Shown one piece after another: positions 18,707 to 27,782 of a stretch of 35,459 bases of DNA (within the stretch, counting starts at the first letter, position 1; each line of letters begins with the position of its first letter). The stretch comes from an uncultured archaeon (GTDB lineage: Archaea; Asgardarchaeota; Thorarchaeia; Thorarchaeales; Thorarchaeaceae). The DNA lies in contig CAZPWM010000012.1 in assembly GCA_964590575.1 (NCBI GenBank), positions 17,993-53,451 of the forward strand, given 5' to 3'. The translations under genes were made by a program, and so were the position numbers. The notes under the pieces are model-generated. The model searched no databases. It worked only from the letters and a program-made list of their open reading frames with translations, and had not been told where the DNA came from.

Positions 18707-19885
18707 CTAACCCAGTGTTGGTTTTCTGGAGAATATGAAAGTGGCAGCTAGGATTGCTACAGCTGAGAATCCAAATAATATGAGAACCCTATCTATTACC
18801 TCTAGAATTGAAAGCCCTTTGAATGCTGTGTCTATGAGAAGGTTAAGTCCCTGGTTCATTGGGAGTATTCTATCCAAAACTCCGACATTGAGAAAGAATC
18901 CTGACAGAATTAAGGTTCCAAATAGAACAAAGAGGAACATCTGATTTGCTTGTAATCTCGTGTTTGCAACAGACGAGATCAAAATTCCTGTAGCTGATCC
19001 AGTTAGTGAGCTTAAGCTCATAATTATCACAAGGGATATGAAACTTGTATTGAGTGTGAGATTAAACGCTAGGACCCATAATGTGACCAACAACAACGAC
19101 TGGAAGAACCCAATAATCACATATCCAATTACTTTAGCAACAACGACCTCCAGTCTACTGGTTGGTGTGAGCAGCATTCGACGGAGAGGCGTATCGCCTA
19201 CTATTGATTGAGCTGAAGTCATGGCAATTCCAAGATAGCTTGAGAAAATCACAATGAAACCACCAAACACAGTTACCAAATATCCTCCTTCCGGAGTGAA
19301 CTCAATAACCATACTCGGAAAAATCTCAGAACGAATCCAGAGCTTTGATACTCTAAAAAAGATTGTTCCTGCTTGAATAATTCCCTGAATAGACGCAGAT
19401 CCTAACAGGTTGTTTCCATCATAGTGAACTTCGAGATATGTTGGGAAGTTATCTGTGAGGTTCGCCTCAAAGCCATCAGGAATAACGATGTATGCATCTA
19501 TCAGTTGTTCATACAATGCTCGATATGCATCAGCCGTACTATTGTATATGGTGACATTTGCCATTTCTTCATAAAACGCAGTTAGATTCTCAGAGAGGTC
19601 TTCTGCCCCGTAATATCCACTCGTAGAGTCTAAATCTACAATACCAAGTTTGACACTGCTCTCAGTGGTTGTTACATTATCACCACCACCACCCATGCCT
19701 GTGGATCCGCCAAGAGACATTCCTCCCAAACTACTTGATTCTGTAACATACCAGAGCATACCAATGAGTGCTGCAGGCAACATAAAAATCAGGAGGAGGG
19801 CGACCTTGTCTTTGACTATCAGTCGAAGTTCTTTCATCACCATGTTTCTAATGCGTCTGGATGGTTTTGTCAGAACTTCTGCCAT
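18707..19885 (-). CDS. ABC-2 type transporter permease
   Basis: MVMKELRLIVKD, TM1, extracytoplasmic domain (LGIVDLD, YIVIPDGF), RRMLLTPTSRLEVVVAK, LSGFF, five further TMs. Confidence 0.9.
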   Translation of the reverse strand: MAEVLTKPSRRIRNMVMKELRLIVKDKVALLLIFMLPAALIGMLWYVTESSSLGGMSLGGSTGMGGGGDNVTTTESSVKLGIVDLDSTSGYYGAEDLSENLTAFYEEMANVTIYNSTADAYRALYEQLIDAYIVIPDGFEANLTDNFPTYLEVHYDGNNLLGSASIQGIIQAGTIFFRVSKLWIRSEIFPSMVIEFTPEGGYLVTVFGGFIVIFSSYLGIAMTSAQSIVGDTPLRRMLLTPTSRLEVVVAKVIGYVIIGFFQSLLLVTLWVLAFNLTLNTSFISLVIIMSLSSLTGSATGILISSVANTRLQANQMFLFVLFGTLILSGFFLNVGVLDRILPMNQGLNLLIDTAFKGLSILEVIDRVLILFGFSAVAILAATFIFSRKPTLG

Positions 19886-19931
19886 TTTGTTTTCCCTCTT
19901 TTCAGTGAGTACTCAGAATTCATCTAAAGAC

Positions 19932-19939
19932 ACTATAAA
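19932..19939 (-). promoter_or_regulatory. Putative TATA box for the ABC/surface-protein operon
   Basis: TTTATAGT on the minus strand, about 50 nt upstream of ATG 19885, in an AT-rich divergent intergenic region. Confidence 0.3.
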
Positions 19940-20103
19940 CTATACTTGACGAAGGCAAGCTCAAATTGAACTCTATTAAGGGTTTACCACATCTCATAAA
20001 AATCGAGGATTGGAACTCTTGTCGTTTTTTCGAATACTTAAATAAACACACCAACATGACAAATAAAGGACTAGGACCTTCATGAACTATCTTACCACGC
20101 GGA

Positions 20104-22461
20104 ATGAATACTTTCTTGAAGAGGTTCCTTGATTTGGCCTATGATAATATTGCTCACTTGAACCGTTTCAGACGAGTAGCTCAAAATCTCAACATAAGAC
20201 TCCCTGAATCACCCATGAATACAAATCGAGAAATAGAGCATCTGAGGGACCAATTCAATGCATTATTCTATCTTGAGGCTGAGCCTTGGATGCTTCCCTC
20301 TTGGGTATCCTTAACCATGAAAGGACTCGACAAGGAAAAGGCCTTGATTACATCTCTGCCAAATAACACGTACCGAAATTGGTCACTGATAGGTGGTGTG
20401 GGGTCAAGGAAATATGGGGTGACTGACTCTCGCGGACTAGTTACTGCTCTTCCAGAATGTGGGTCAATAGATATCTGGGTTCAGGGAACAGACGGTATCA
20501 TTTTCCCAGGATTAATGGGAAAAGATGGTCCGCAATTGAAACTAGTATCAACACAAGATCAGCTCTATGAGTGGAGGACTGATGTTCAATCAGTTGAATT
20601 CCTTAGACTACTCTATCATGTTGAACAGGATGGCGTTGAATACCTCTACAATGAAGTGGTTATGAAAAACATAGCCCTTGAGAAGACTACAATTACTTTC
20701 TACGTAGCTCTAAGACCTATGTCTGTACTTGGCTTTGAACCAATTGAACATATTGAGTTTGATGCCAAAACAAATCAGATATTTGGAAATGGGGTTCTTG
20801 GACTTCATGCTAATACGGCCCCATCAGCAGTATTTCTAGTTGAATCAAATGATGTTTCTATTCCTGAGGTGGTTCAATCCGACAAGAATCGCTACGACTA
20901 CAAGCTAACATCCAAGGAAGGCCTTGGGACTGCAATCTTAAAATTCAGTGTCACTCTCTCACCTGCTGGAACCAAGTCCATTGTCTTTAGCTCACCCCTC
21001 GAGGTCCCTCAAGATGGAGCGTCATTGAGTGGGACTACCCCTAAAAGCACCAATCGCGATAAGACGATTGGTCAGTGGTTTGATTTTGCAGAGAAAAAAT
21101 ATGAGGCAATCTTTCCTGATGAGAAATTGGATGGTGTTCTCTCACAGGCTGCTGTGTCGCTGGCAATTCAATCACATTCCGTTCTCTTCCCTGAGGCATC
21201 AGACGAAACGCCTCTTAATTGGAGAGATCGAATGCGAGTCCTCTATGCGCTTATCAAATCCGGTGGAATTGATGTAGCTAGTCAAATAACCAATAAAGCT
21301 GCACAGATATTTGGAGATTCAGAGGTTTCCCTGGACACTACAATATTTAGCCCACTTCTCTGGGGCCTTCTGCAGCTACAAGGATATTCGATACAGCGAG
21401 AATCCATCCAAGATAATATTGAGTATCTTGCTCAACTTGCTGAGAATTTAGTAGCTTCTTTGGCAGTGGATCGACCCAAGAAGAAGGTGGCTGAACAAAC
21501 AATAGATGAATCGTTGACCAAGGAGATTGAAGACGCCCCTCTTGAACACTACAGTATCTTAGATGATAACATATTGAAGGAGTTTAATGAATTACTCTGG
21601 GACCTCTCAGCCCTTAAGGAAGGTCTCAGTTATTTCGCACTAACGAAAGTAAGCTTGGTTGCAAAAATTAGAGATATACTTCCACTTATCGAGAACCGCG
21701 CGAAGGCGAAATTTGATGAGATTAAGAGAGCACGATGGCCTCGGCCTCAGGATCCACAGATGATTGAAATTGATAAAGCAATCCTCGAAATTTTGACAAG
21801 CATTGTGCAACTCAAAATTAAGGAGTTCGACATGAAGTTCCTTAGGAATCTCTGCAAAAAAGTTTCAGGAAGACGACTTGTTCGCAGTCTTTGGAAAACT
21901 CAAGAACCCACAGAGTTATTCTCTAGCCATCTTGCCTTGAGACTTGCCCAATTTCATGTTTGGGATAATCAGCGTGATGCCGCTGAGCCACTTCTCAGAC
22001 GGGCTCTTGAATTCATATCAGAAGACTCTCTACTCCCAGAGTTCGTGAATCCACGAACCTTTGGAGGTAGTGGAGGCGCTGGATCAAGTGTGATGGCGGC
22101 TGCAGATCTCATTTTACTTTTGAGTGACATGTTGGTACACGAAGACAAGAACAACTTGGTATTTTTAGCTGGTATCCCAAGTGAATGGTATGATTCAACC
22201 AGACCTTTAATCATCAATGGGCTTCACACAAGGTTTGGAAAGACCAGGATTGATATTGGCTTGTCAGCAAATCAACATCAAATTAAAACAGGGATGGAAA
22301 TCCTTCCAGATGAAATTGAGATTCATGTGCCTGAAAGCGTTCCCATTCGGATGGTGAAAGCATATGGTGGGAGCATTGTAGACAGAGCAATGAAAGACCG
22401 GTCACCACACATCAAACTCGTTCCTCATTCGACTGATGTTGTGCTTACCTATCATAGATAG
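20104..22461 (+). CDS. Large hypothetical protein, six-hairpin glycosidase-like architecture
   Basis: N-terminal beta-rich part (YRNWSLIG, DSRGLVT, GSIDIW), helical middle, C-terminal LLPEFVNPRT...MLVHED...LAGIPSEW...GLHTRFG typical of GH65/GH78/GH95-like C-termini. Confidence 0.5.
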   Translation: MNTFLKRFLDLAYDNIAHLNRFRRVAQNLNIRLPESPMNTNREIEHLRDQFNALFYLEAEPWMLPSWVSLTMKGLDKEKALITSLPNNTYRNWSLIGGVGSRKYGVTDSRGLVTALPECGSIDIWVQGTDGIIFPGLMGKDGPQLKLVSTQDQLYEWRTDVQSVEFLRLLYHVEQDGVEYLYNEVVMKNIALEKTTITFYVALRPMSVLGFEPIEHIEFDAKTNQIFGNGVLGLHANTAPSAVFLVESNDVSIPEVVQSDKNRYDYKLTSKEGLGTAILKFSVTLSPAGTKSIVFSSPLEVPQDGASLSGTTPKSTNRDKTIGQWFDFAEKKYEAIFPDEKLDGVLSQAAVSLAIQSHSVLFPEASDETPLNWRDRMRVLYALIKSGGIDVASQITNKAAQIFGDSEVSLDTTIFSPLLWGLLQLQGYSIQRESIQDNIEYLAQLAENLVASLAVDRPKKKVAEQTIDESLTKEIEDAPLEHYSILDDNILKEFNELLWDLSALKEGLSYFALTKVSLVAKIRDILPLIENRAKAKFDEIKRARWPRPQDPQMIEIDKAILEILTSIVQLKIKEFDMKFLRNLCKKVSGRRLVRSLWKTQEPTELFSSHLALRLAQFHVWDNQRDAAEPLLRRALEFISEDSLLPEFVNPRTFGGSGGAGSSVMAAADLILLLSDMLVHEDKNNLVFLAGIPSEWYDSTRPLIINGLHTRFGKTRIDIGLSANQHQIKTGMEILPDEIEIHVPESVPIRMVKAYGGSIVDRAMKDRSPHIKLVPHSTDVVLTYHR

Positions 22462-22549
22462 ATTAACACCACCTTACCAACAAGTATCAACCCTCAAATC
22501 TTGAACAACAACAACCTGTGAATATTGTGGTACTACAGCTGGGTAGTTG

Positions 22550-23443
22550 CTAGAGTTCAATACGTAAGGGTTTCTGGTCCTCTCGCCATTGCCATACATC
22601 TAGAGTACATCGAGTTTCTTTTGGAATTCCTTTTAGTTTCAAGCCTGCATAGAGATATGCTCCATCAATGTATCTTCCGTCCTCATTCTTGGGGAGTTTC
22701 TTGATAAACTCAATTGCCGCTGGATCATACTCTCTAGCGACAATTATAGCTCTTGCTGGAAAATACGGTCGGAGTATCATCTCATCCTTCTTCATTGATA
22801 GGACCGCAAAATTGTCTAAAGAATCGATGAAATCAATTATGTGCACACGACCGACTCGTGTATCTGCAACTTTCACGAAACTACAGTTCTCACCAAATTC
22901 CTCCCATGAATCTCCTTGGTCGGTGTCTTTCTTTCTAGGTTCGATCAATAAATCGACTGTTCCCTGTGAACCATCACGTGTCATCAAACTTGGTCTAATT
23001 GATACCTTCCCTTCATACTCTTCCAAAATAAACTCCGAAACTCTGGTTATGAAAGGGTTCTGAATCTTCCTTAGATATTGGTCTGCAACATCTACAAACT
23101 CGGAGTATGCACTGCTTGATACCATAGACAAACCCGCGCTACTTTCCTCGAACTTTCTTCCCAGTTCGTTTGCCAGAGAATATGCCTGATCATATTCTTT
23201 CTTCTTGGGTGAAATTAGGGCTGTGATGATTTTGTCTCTTGGAGCTAGGTAGATTACTTTTTCTTCGGTGGTGAATGATGACAATCCTCCAAATTTCAGT
23301 TCCCGTGAGAAATGACCAATTGCAGAAACAAAACTTGAGAACAGAGAGGGGTCAATTTTTGTCTTCATTCTAGAGAATAGTGGAACACCTGATGCGGCAT
23401 CGAATATGATTATTCCTTCGATATCCAATCGAATTAGCTCCAC
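22550..23443 (-). CDS. Longin/roadblock-like domain protein with C-terminal restriction-endonuclease-like alpha/beta domain
   Basis: IIIFDAASGVPLFSR...DPSLFSSFVSAIGHFSREL...ELGRKFEE is the Asgard longin pattern; GTG start uncertain by a few codons. Confidence 0.75.
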   Translation of the reverse strand: MELIRLDIEGIIIFDAASGVPLFSRMKTKIDPSLFSSFVSAIGHFSRELKFGGLSSFTTEEKVIYLAPRDKIITALISPKKKEYDQAYSLANELGRKFEESSAGLSMVSSSAYSEFVDVADQYLRKIQNPFITRVSEFILEEYEGKVSIRPSLMTRDGSQGTVDLLIEPRKKDTDQGDSWEEFGENCSFVKVADTRVGRVHIIDFIDSLDNFAVLSMKKDEMILRPYFPARAIIVAREYDPAAIEFIKKLPKNEDGRYIDGAYLYAGLKLKGIPKETRCTLDVWQWREDQKPLRIEL

Positions 23444-23503
23444 AATGAAGCTGAATATTTTTCATTTAACAATATCTGAGATTATTAACTTGGATTAAAC
23501 TTT

Positions 23504-24205
23504 TCACGCTTCAAAGAGTCCATCGGGCATAGTAACAAGTTTTTTGAAACGCTTCTGGTCGTAGAATGGGGCTTGTCTGTTTAAACATGGGATTACTGCG
23601 CACCTTGAACATACGAATTCCACTAGTACTCTTAGTTCAGGATATTTGCTAACCACAACCTCAAATGTCTTCTTTGAGGGTACGAAGAATGTTTCTTTCT
23701 TTTCACCAAACGCGCTTATAGCTGTGCGGTAGATAGTATCCAGAAGACCCGGCGTGGCTCCCTGCGTTGCATGGAGATTTGCTATGAGAATCATAATAGG
23801 GGCAACAGAACATGAAAGGGCATAATGTTTGATTTCCCATGGTTTCTCGTATCCCTCCTCTATAATGCCAGTTTCCCACATCTTAAACATCTCAAGACCC
23901 TTTTTCTTCTCATGATCGAGAATTGAGGTTACAATCTTACCTCCTTCTTTATCTGGACCTGCACGATAAGACATACCTCTTGGAACGTGTGAAGGTTTCC
24001 CACAGAAGCAGTACCATCCGCCCTGTCTACCATTCTTCATCAATTTGAGAAGAGATTGATTCTCATCAAATGGTTGGTCAATTTCATGTGCAGGAACCCA
24101 AATAGTATGATCCTCACATCTTAATTCACCACAAAGAGCGCACGGAAATACCTCTTGATTGGTCCGAGAATAATTGTATCGCTTACACTCCTCACAATTG
24201 GTCAT
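23504..24205 (-). CDS. Zinc-finger protein with AN1-like N-terminal finger
   Basis: CxxC-x14-CxxC-x4-CxxH-x6-H, plus CFC...H and CSRC...C. Confidence 0.65.
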   Translation of the reverse strand: MTNCEECKRYNYSRTNQEVFPCALCGELRCEDHTIWVPAHEIDQPFDENQSLLKLMKNGRQGGWYCFCGKPSHVPRGMSYRAGPDKEGGKIVTSILDHEKKKGLEMFKMWETGIIEEGYEKPWEIKHYALSCSVAPIMILIANLHATQGATPGLLDTIYRTAISAFGEKKETFFVPSKKTFEVVVSKYPELRVLVEFVCSRCAVIPCLNRQAPFYDQKRFKKLVTMPDGLFEA

Positions 24206-24289
24206 TATACATCCATTCCAGTCTCATCTTAATTAACAACTCTCATGTTAATGTCTTCCTACTACTATACGGTTTAGTTAAAAACCAGT

Positions 24290-24300
24290 AAAAAAAAAAA
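24290..24300 (-). terminator. Oligo-T (T11) archaeal-type terminator
   Basis: Run of 11 A on the plus strand, about 80 nt downstream of the small minus-strand ORF 24383-24538. Confidence 0.45.
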
Positions 24301-24382
24301 CATTAGTCGAAACTATACAGGATACTTCATTGACCGAGGTCGGGTCGATAGAAGCAGAAGAGGATTGATGTTCACTTAATAA

Positions 24383-24538
24383 CTAATCTTCAAGCCACGA
24401 GCTGTCTTGATTCAGTTCTTGTGCCAAGCGTGACAGTCCTCTTCTGTGCAACCCGTACAACGCCAATAACAGAATAGAGATTGTGATGAAGAACCATACT
24501 CCTTGGTTAGTCCATAGGTTATCAATGGGCGGATACAA
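24383..24538 (-). CDS. Putative 51-aa single-pass membrane microprotein (not in ORF track)
   Basis: Hand translation from TTG: (M)YPPIDNLWTNQGVWFFITISILLLALYGLHRRGLSRLAQELNQDSSWLED*. TM followed by HRR, GAGTGA upstream, T11 downstream. Confidence 0.5.
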   Translation of the reverse strand: MYPPIDNLWTNQGVWFFITISILLLALYGLHRRGLSRLAQELNQDSSWLED

Positions 24539-24801
24539 GAATCATCTCACTCTTCTTGATAATTGTCCACACAGTGGATCACAATGAAATTGTTTATGCT
24601 TTTCGCCACGCGACCAAGAACCTCGCCACGCATATCACTTTTACGGATGTAGTGTTTTACCAGTTGTACGAACCATTTTTATCCACACTAAACAATAACG
24701 TAGTTTCTTTACTATTGGTTTTACTACCTCGTAATGTATTCCTACTACATTCACGAAGCCTTATGAGCCGAATATGATTTATCAAATTTGGAGAAGTCAC
24801 G

Positions 24802-26388
24802 ATGTCTGACAAAATCTACTCGTCGGATTTCCTTGTAATAGGTAGTGGGTTATCTGGCCAGCTGTTCTCTTTGAAGGCTTCAAAATTTGGAACAGTCAAT
24901 ATTGTTACCAAGGGGCGTCTAACAGAGTCTGCTACAATGAGAGCCCAAGGGGGAATAGCAGCAGTTGTGTCTGCTGAGGACTCGATTGAGCTACATATAG
25001 AGGACACTATCCGAGTCGGGGATGGTCTCTGTCATCGCGACGTTGTACAACAGATAATTCAAGCCGGTCCATCGAGAATTCAAGAACTAGTGGATCTTGG
25101 CGTTGACTTCAGCGGTGAGGAATCCACGGGCGAATATGAACTCGGGCTCGAAGGGGGACACAGTAAGCGTCGCGTACTACATGTGAAGGATCACACCGGA
25201 GAAGACATTGAACTTGCTCTCACAAAACAGCTGAAGCGAGAAGAGAACATTGCAGTCTACGAGAACCACATGGCTGTCAATCTGTTTGTCCGAAATAATC
25301 GAGTCTACGGTGCATATATTCTGGATCTCAATACTAACCAGGTTGAACGGTTCGTTGCCAAGACAATCATCCTCGCCACAGGGGGAGCTGGTAGAGTATT
25401 CCTCTATACAAGCAATCCCGACGTAGCTACTGGTGATGGTATTGCAATGGCTTTCCGCGCTGGTGCAACAGTAATGAATCTTGAGATGGTTCAGTTTCAT
25501 CCAACACTTCTCTATCATCACAAAACACGATCTTTCCTGATATCTGAGGCTCTACGCGGGGAAGGTGCACAACTTCTAGGTCCGGATGGTAAGAGGTTCA
25601 TGCCAAACTATCACGAAAAGGCTGAACTTGCACCCCGAGATGTTGTTGCAAGAGCTATTGACACTGAACTAAAGAGGACTGGTGCAGACCACGTTTGGCT
25701 TGATATCTCCTTCAAGGAAGCAGACTACATCAAAGACCGATTTCCACACATCTATGAAACGTGCCTTGAGGCTGGAATCGATATCACAAAGTCACCAATT
25801 CCCGTTGTCCCTGCAGCCCACTACATGATGGGCGGAGTGAAGACCGACATCAATGGTCGCACTGATGTTCTAGGCCTCTATGCTATTGGTGAAACCTCTT
25901 GTACTGGATTTCATGGTGCAAACAGATTGGCGTCGAACTCACTTCTTGAGGCATCAGTTCTTGCCCATAATGCATCACTTGCAGCAGCAGAGGACCTGAA
26001 AACAAAGATTTCCCCGGTTGAGGTCTCTCCTTGGGACCCAGGTGCGGCAACAGACCCTGATGAGCTCGTTGTCATCTCTCACCTCTGGGAAGAAATTCGC
26101 CGCATCATGATTAACTACGTAGGAATTGCCAGATCAAACAAACGATTGATTCGTGCGAGGAATAGGATCGGTTTCATTCAAAGAGAGATCAACCAGTTCT
26201 ACTGGGACTTCAAAATAACACCAGACCTTGTTGAGCTCAGGAACATCGCCATTGTTGCAGAGCTAATAATCAAGATGGCTCGGATGAGACGAGAGAGTCG
26301 AGGAGCTCACTACAATATTGATTATCCTAAGAAGTCAATAGAAACAGTGGACACAATTATGAAGAAAGGCTACGCTACCATTGAATAA
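24802..26388 (+). CDS. nadB: L-aspartate oxidase
   Basis: IGSGLSG FAD motif, AQGGIAAV, LEGGHSKRRVLH, ATGDGIAMA, QFHPT, LISEALRGEGA, ELAPRDVVAR, AAHYMMGG, HGANRLASNSLLE, ESRGAHY. Confidence 0.95.
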   Translation: MSDKIYSSDFLVIGSGLSGQLFSLKASKFGTVNIVTKGRLTESATMRAQGGIAAVVSAEDSIELHIEDTIRVGDGLCHRDVVQQIIQAGPSRIQELVDLGVDFSGEESTGEYELGLEGGHSKRRVLHVKDHTGEDIELALTKQLKREENIAVYENHMAVNLFVRNNRVYGAYILDLNTNQVERFVAKTIILATGGAGRVFLYTSNPDVATGDGIAMAFRAGATVMNLEMVQFHPTLLYHHKTRSFLISEALRGEGAQLLGPDGKRFMPNYHEKAELAPRDVVARAIDTELKRTGADHVWLDISFKEADYIKDRFPHIYETCLEAGIDITKSPIPVVPAAHYMMGGVKTDINGRTDVLGLYAIGETSCTGFHGANRLASNSLLEASVLAHNASLAAAEDLKTKISPVEVSPWDPGAATDPDELVVISHLWEEIRRIMINYVGIARSNKRLIRARNRIGFIQREINQFYWDFKITPDLVELRNIAIVAELIIKMARMRRESRGAHYNIDYPKKSIETVDTIMKKGYATIE

Positions 26389-26389
26389 G

Positions 26390-26926
26390 ATGAGTGATCT
26401 CGCTATGAATACACGAGAACATGCCATCTCTTTCATACTACCAATCAGTGTCATGATCCTCTTGCCATGGTTGTTGATGTGGCTCACTGGGGACTCGTCA
26501 ATTGGCTGGTCTCTTCCATGGTTTCTTAATTTGCTTGCGATGTCTATTGGTATGGCGATTCTCCTAGCAGGTGTAATTATGTTGGTTGTCTGCATTCGGA
26601 TGTTTGCAGAAACTGGCAGGGGAACACTTGCTCCATGGACACCAACGCAGAAGCTGGTTGTAGATGGTGTTTATGGATACATGCGTAATCCAATGATCAC
26701 AGGCGTGCTTCTTGGTCTGCTTGGAGAGTCAATTATTCTCTCAAACTATGTAGTCTTCCTTTGGTTCCTCTTAGCTTTAATCGTGAATCACATTTACTTC
26801 ATCAAGTCTGAAGAACCTGGTCTTGTGAAACGTTTTGGAAGAGAGTATATAGAGTACTCTAAGAATGTGCCTCGGTGGCTACCAAGAAAGACTCCGTGGA
26901 CTCCCTCGAGGAATCCCGCTGACTAA
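26390..26926 (+). CDS. Isoprenylcysteine carboxyl methyltransferase/PEMT family membrane protein
   Basis: GRGTLAPWTPTQKLVVDGVYGYMRNPM, EEPGLVKRFGREYIEYSKNVPRW. Start could be 26381, 26390 or 26405. Confidence 0.88.
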   Translation: MSDLAMNTREHAISFILPISVMILLPWLLMWLTGDSSIGWSLPWFLNLLAMSIGMAILLAGVIMLVVCIRMFAETGRGTLAPWTPTQKLVVDGVYGYMRNPMITGVLLGLLGESIILSNYVVFLWFLLALIVNHIYFIKSEEPGLVKRFGREYIEYSKNVPRWLPRKTPWTPSRNPAD

Positions 26927-27630
26927 ATTGGTGAAAGGTTTGGAGCATTACGCCACCGATGGTTGTACTCATTAGGCGGCCCTCTCGGTGCTTTTTTGTC
27001 ACCCCATCTTCCTTTGAAAGTACTGAAACTGGTTTTATCTAACAACTTCAGATTTTCTTTGGTGTTCCAAGCAAGCCCACCATCTGCTATTTTATCACAG
27101 AAAAATCGTGCATAGCATCGTGGCCTGCTCCGGGATGATGGATAGTTTGCATGAGTCCCCAGTGCTGCCCAGACGTTTATTTGTTCATTATCAAGAATTG
27201 GATTTTCCCTAGTAAAACCATCTAGAGTCTTTGATAGCGAAGCGAGTCGAGCTTCATGGTGATTCGAGAGCACCCATATCACATCCTCTACTTCAGTGGA
27301 ATCAAAGAGTCTTACCTCAACATTCTCCCAATCTCCTACATGTTTTCCCATGCCCAGTGGAGCACCGGGAAAATCATTGTATCGATACCAGAACCAATAT
27401 CGAATCTGAGTCAATTCATCACCTTCCCAGAACTCGTAGTAGCATGGAGTGGTTGGGAGTAATTTCTTGGGGTATCTATCCTCGACAAATAACTCCCACT
27501 TTGTATGAAACAATTCAAAGATTTCTTCCGCATCTGAGGGGTAGCAACAGAAATCTCCTTCGTCAGGATGAAAGTGAAGAATCGGTCCAAACCGTATTGC
27601 AAGCTCGTGCATATCCGAAGAGTGGCTCAT
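26923..27630 (-). CDS. Vps62-related protein
   Basis: FGPILHFHPDE, IRYWFWYRYND, HVGDWENVEVRL, ALGTHANY, FKGRWG...GP motifs of the Vps62 family. Confidence 0.75.
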   Translation of the reverse strand: MSHSSDMHELAIRFGPILHFHPDEGDFCCYPSDAEEIFELFHTKWELFVEDRYPKKLLPTTPCYYEFWEGDELTQIRYWFWYRYNDFPGAPLGMGKHVGDWENVEVRLFDSTEVEDVIWVLSNHHEARLASLSKTLDGFTRENPILDNEQINVWAALGTHANYPSSRSRPRCYARFFCDKIADGGLAWNTKENLKLLDKTSFSTFKGRWGDKKAPRGPPNEYNHRWRNAPNLSPI

Positions 27631-27782
27631 ATTCTATCTTGACTCCTTTTTAATCACAAGACATAGCTTTCGGAGCTGCTAATATCATCTTGATACACAC
27701 ATTGGATATGAATCGTTTGAATTAATTAGGGCGTTGTATAGATACTAGGTAATGATTTGCAGTAATTAGGGGGAATTGTGTC

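Noticed and set aside
24330-24349. Small imperfect palindrome ttgaccgaggtcgggtcga
   Set aside because: Short, imperfect and single-copy; may accompany the T11 terminator but is not supportable alone.
24556-24777. 73-aa plus-strand ORF upstream of nadB
   Set aside because: TTG start, no motifs, and it lies in the probable divergent promoter region.
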